Shown: in pieces, positions 62,445 to 64,000 of the stretch
Layout of the letters: every line of letters begins with the position of its first letter
Numbering within the stretch: the stretch's first letter is position 1
Origin: an uncultured Myxococcales bacterium
Lineage (GTDB): Bacteria; Myxococcota_A; UBA9042
DNA: 64,000 bases
NCBI GenBank assembly: GCA_903955385.1
Contig: CAJBNH010000072.1
Span: forward strand, 40,063 to 104,062
Direction of reading: 5' to 3'
Translations under genes and position numbers: made by a program
The notes under the pieces: generated by a model
Told to the model about the DNA's origin: nothing
Seen by the model: the letters and a program-made list of their open reading frames with translations, nothing else
The model's database searches: none

Positions 62445-63035
62445 ATGAGCAAGCCCGATATCGTCGACGTCGACGCCGTGCGTCATGAATCCCAGACGCC
62501 TCGCCATGACAACCCCGCCCAGCGTTTCGCCCGCAGCCTGCTCGGCACCGCCGTGCTCGAGCGAGCAGAGGCCGCCCGCGTGGCCGTGCGCGAGCAGTTC
62601 CAGACGCGCGTGACCGAGGCCCACACCCGCCTGAACGTCCTCGAGAAGCGCGCCCAGGATATGGTCAGCCAGGTGCAGACGTCGGTGCAAGCCACCGCGA
62701 ATGCTGCGCGCGACCGCGTCATGGAAGAGAAGACCGAGGCGGTGCAGAAGGTTGAGCAGCTCGTCGCGGCCGTCGCCAAGGTCGATCGCTCCAGCCTCGA
62801 GGCGTGGCTCAAGCAGCCGGCAGAGGTGCGTGAGGACGTGCTGACCGCCGTCGGTCTGGCGTCGCAGAAGCAGGTTCAGACGCTGCACGAGGAAATCGCC
62901 GCGTTGCGCGCCGAGATCGCCGGACAGTTCGAAGCCCAGACCGAAGCCCTCGGCCACATCGTCGGCAAGTCCGACGTTGCTGAGAGCACAGAAAAGAAGG
63001 CACGCGCGAAGAAGACCCCCGCCGCGCACGCCTAA
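62445..63035 (+). CDS. Coiled-coil phasin-like (PHA/lipid granule-associated) protein
   Basis: GGAGGA RBS; amphipathic helical body, GLAS..++..L..++..L motif, Lys/Ala tail (KKARAKKTPAA). Family assignment is tentative. Confidence 0.5.
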   Translation: MSKPDIVDVDAVRHESQTPRHDNPAQRFARSLLGTAVLERAEAARVAVREQFQTRVTEAHTRLNVLEKRAQDMVSQVQTSVQATANAARDRVMEEKTEAVQKVEQLVAAVAKVDRSSLEAWLKQPAEVREDVLTAVGLASQKQVQTLHEEIAALRAEIAGQFEAQTEALGHIVGKSDVAESTEKKARAKKTPAAHA

Positions 63036-63043
63036 CCCCCCGG

Positions 63044-63166
63044 CCGGCCGGTCCTGCCCAGACTGGCCGGGTTCGGAGTGACCGCACCCTACGCTTCCCC
63101 GTCGGTGTGGTCTGCGACCCGCAGTTCGGAGCTCCCTTCCCCGTTAGCTCCGGACCTGCGGGTCGC
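63044..63166 (+). ncRNA. Candidate structured RNA: three tandem hairpins, two with CUUCCCCGU loops
   Basis: Stems 63044-63070, 63080-63112 and 63114-63166, with G-U-compatible mismatches. Strand not established. Confidence 0.4.
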
Positions 63167-63285
63167 GCATTCTTGTCGATTCAGGTGCATCATCAGCGGT
63201 TTCCGGCTAGCCTGCGACGCCCAGAGGCCACGTGATCCGTTCAGGGGGCACAAGCCACGCGGATCCGGCCGTTTTTCGGGGGGAT

Positions 63286-64000
63286 ATGCACACCAATCGT
63301 CACCTGATCGCCGCTGGCGTCGCTGCTGGGCTGTGCCTGCTTGCCGTGGCCGCCGTGGCCCAAGAGGCCGCAGGGGTCGAGGCCGCGCCCCTTGCCACGC
63401 CCGCGACGCCGACCGCGGCCCCTCCCGCTGCCGTTGCAGCACAGACGCCACCAGATACCACTTGGTGGCCCGCCGGTCTGTCCGCGATTGTCGAGGACCG
63501 TGTGGTGGGGCGTCGCGAGCCTTCGGTTCAGGTCGGCCGCCCCTTGGCCACGGACGACGCACGGCTGGACGGCGAGGACTTGAGCGAGCACCGCCTGCGG
63601 GTCGGCGCGGAGTGGAAGCATCCGCTGCAACGTTGGGGAGTTGCTGACCTGCGAGTCGCTGCGCAGGCTGACCTGTTCGCGCAGACCTTTGATGCCGCCG
63701 GCACCGCATCAGACCCGCGGCTGCGGCAGGCTTGGCTGGAGGCGACGACGGCGGTGGGACGTTTCGGCGCCGGTCGCACGATGTCCGCATGGGGCCTGGG
63801 GATTGTCGCGCAACCGGGACTTGCGGACCCCCTGCAATTCGGGCTGGAGCGGGGCGGTTCGCTGGTCGATCGTGTGCAAGCGGCACTGCTGCCGGCGGCG
63901 TTGTGGACCAAGGACCCGCGCAAGGCCTTTCCGCTGGCGTTGGTGCTGGCCGCCGACCGTGTGGCGCGCGACGGGCTGGCGGACGTGGATGCAGGCGACG
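63286..64000 (+). CDS. Outer-membrane beta-barrel protein (alginate-export/TIGR04551-like), 3'-truncated; absent from the ORF track because it has no stop in the window
   Basis: Manual translation MHTNRHLIAAGVAAGLCLLAVAAVAQE... is open to the window end. Contains LRQAWLE, GRFGAGR.M.AWGLGIVA and FG...GGS.VDRV. Confidence 0.65.
   Translation, partial: MHTNRHLIAAGVAAGLCLLAVAAVAQEAAGVEAAPLATPATPTAAPPAAVAAQTPPDTTWWPAGLSAIVEDRVVGRREPSVQVGRPLATDDARLDGEDLSEHRLRVGAEWKHPLQRWGVADLRVAAQADLFAQTFDAAGTASDPRLRQAWLEATTAVGRFGAGRTMSAWGLGIVAQPGLADPLQFGLERGGSLVDRVQAALLPAALWTKDPRKAFPLALVLAADRVARDGLADVDAGD

Overview
High-GC (visually about two-thirds G+C) bacterial chromosome segment. Gene content points to a Myxococcota/deltaproteobacterial genome: a TIGR04551-like barrel, Cys-rich acidic lipoproteins, and a TSP3-repeat barrel. 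Most of the window is housekeeping (mutY, glmM, pdxJ, nnr, rpsA, mpl/murC-family ligase, serA-like, lolE-like, rodZ-like, recO, rpsB-tsf-pyrH-frr, pdxA, oppD/F-like, rne/rng, ftsK, lolA, acyl-CoA carboxylase beta) interleaved with large secreted Cys-rich proteins. The accessory stretch is about 29.9-38.1 kb. It holds vapBC, DUF4160/DUF2442, an orphan MNT, a REP-flanked Y1 transposase (RAYT-like) with a non-autonomous 179-bp derivative 4.6 kb away, and the best candidate for an undescribed system. That candidate is a tightly coupled minus-strand gene pair: a winged-helix/tandem-AAA+ ATPase whose first ~64 residues look like the N-terminal H2TH domain of ribosomal protein uS13, followed by an 89-aa protein resembling eukaryotic protein C10 (C12orf57). 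A triple-hairpin candidate sRNA with repeated CUUCCCCGU loops lies at ~63.04-63.17 kb. No tRNA, rRNA or CRISPR array was recognised. All family assignments are by-eye motif recognition from memory; no database search was run.
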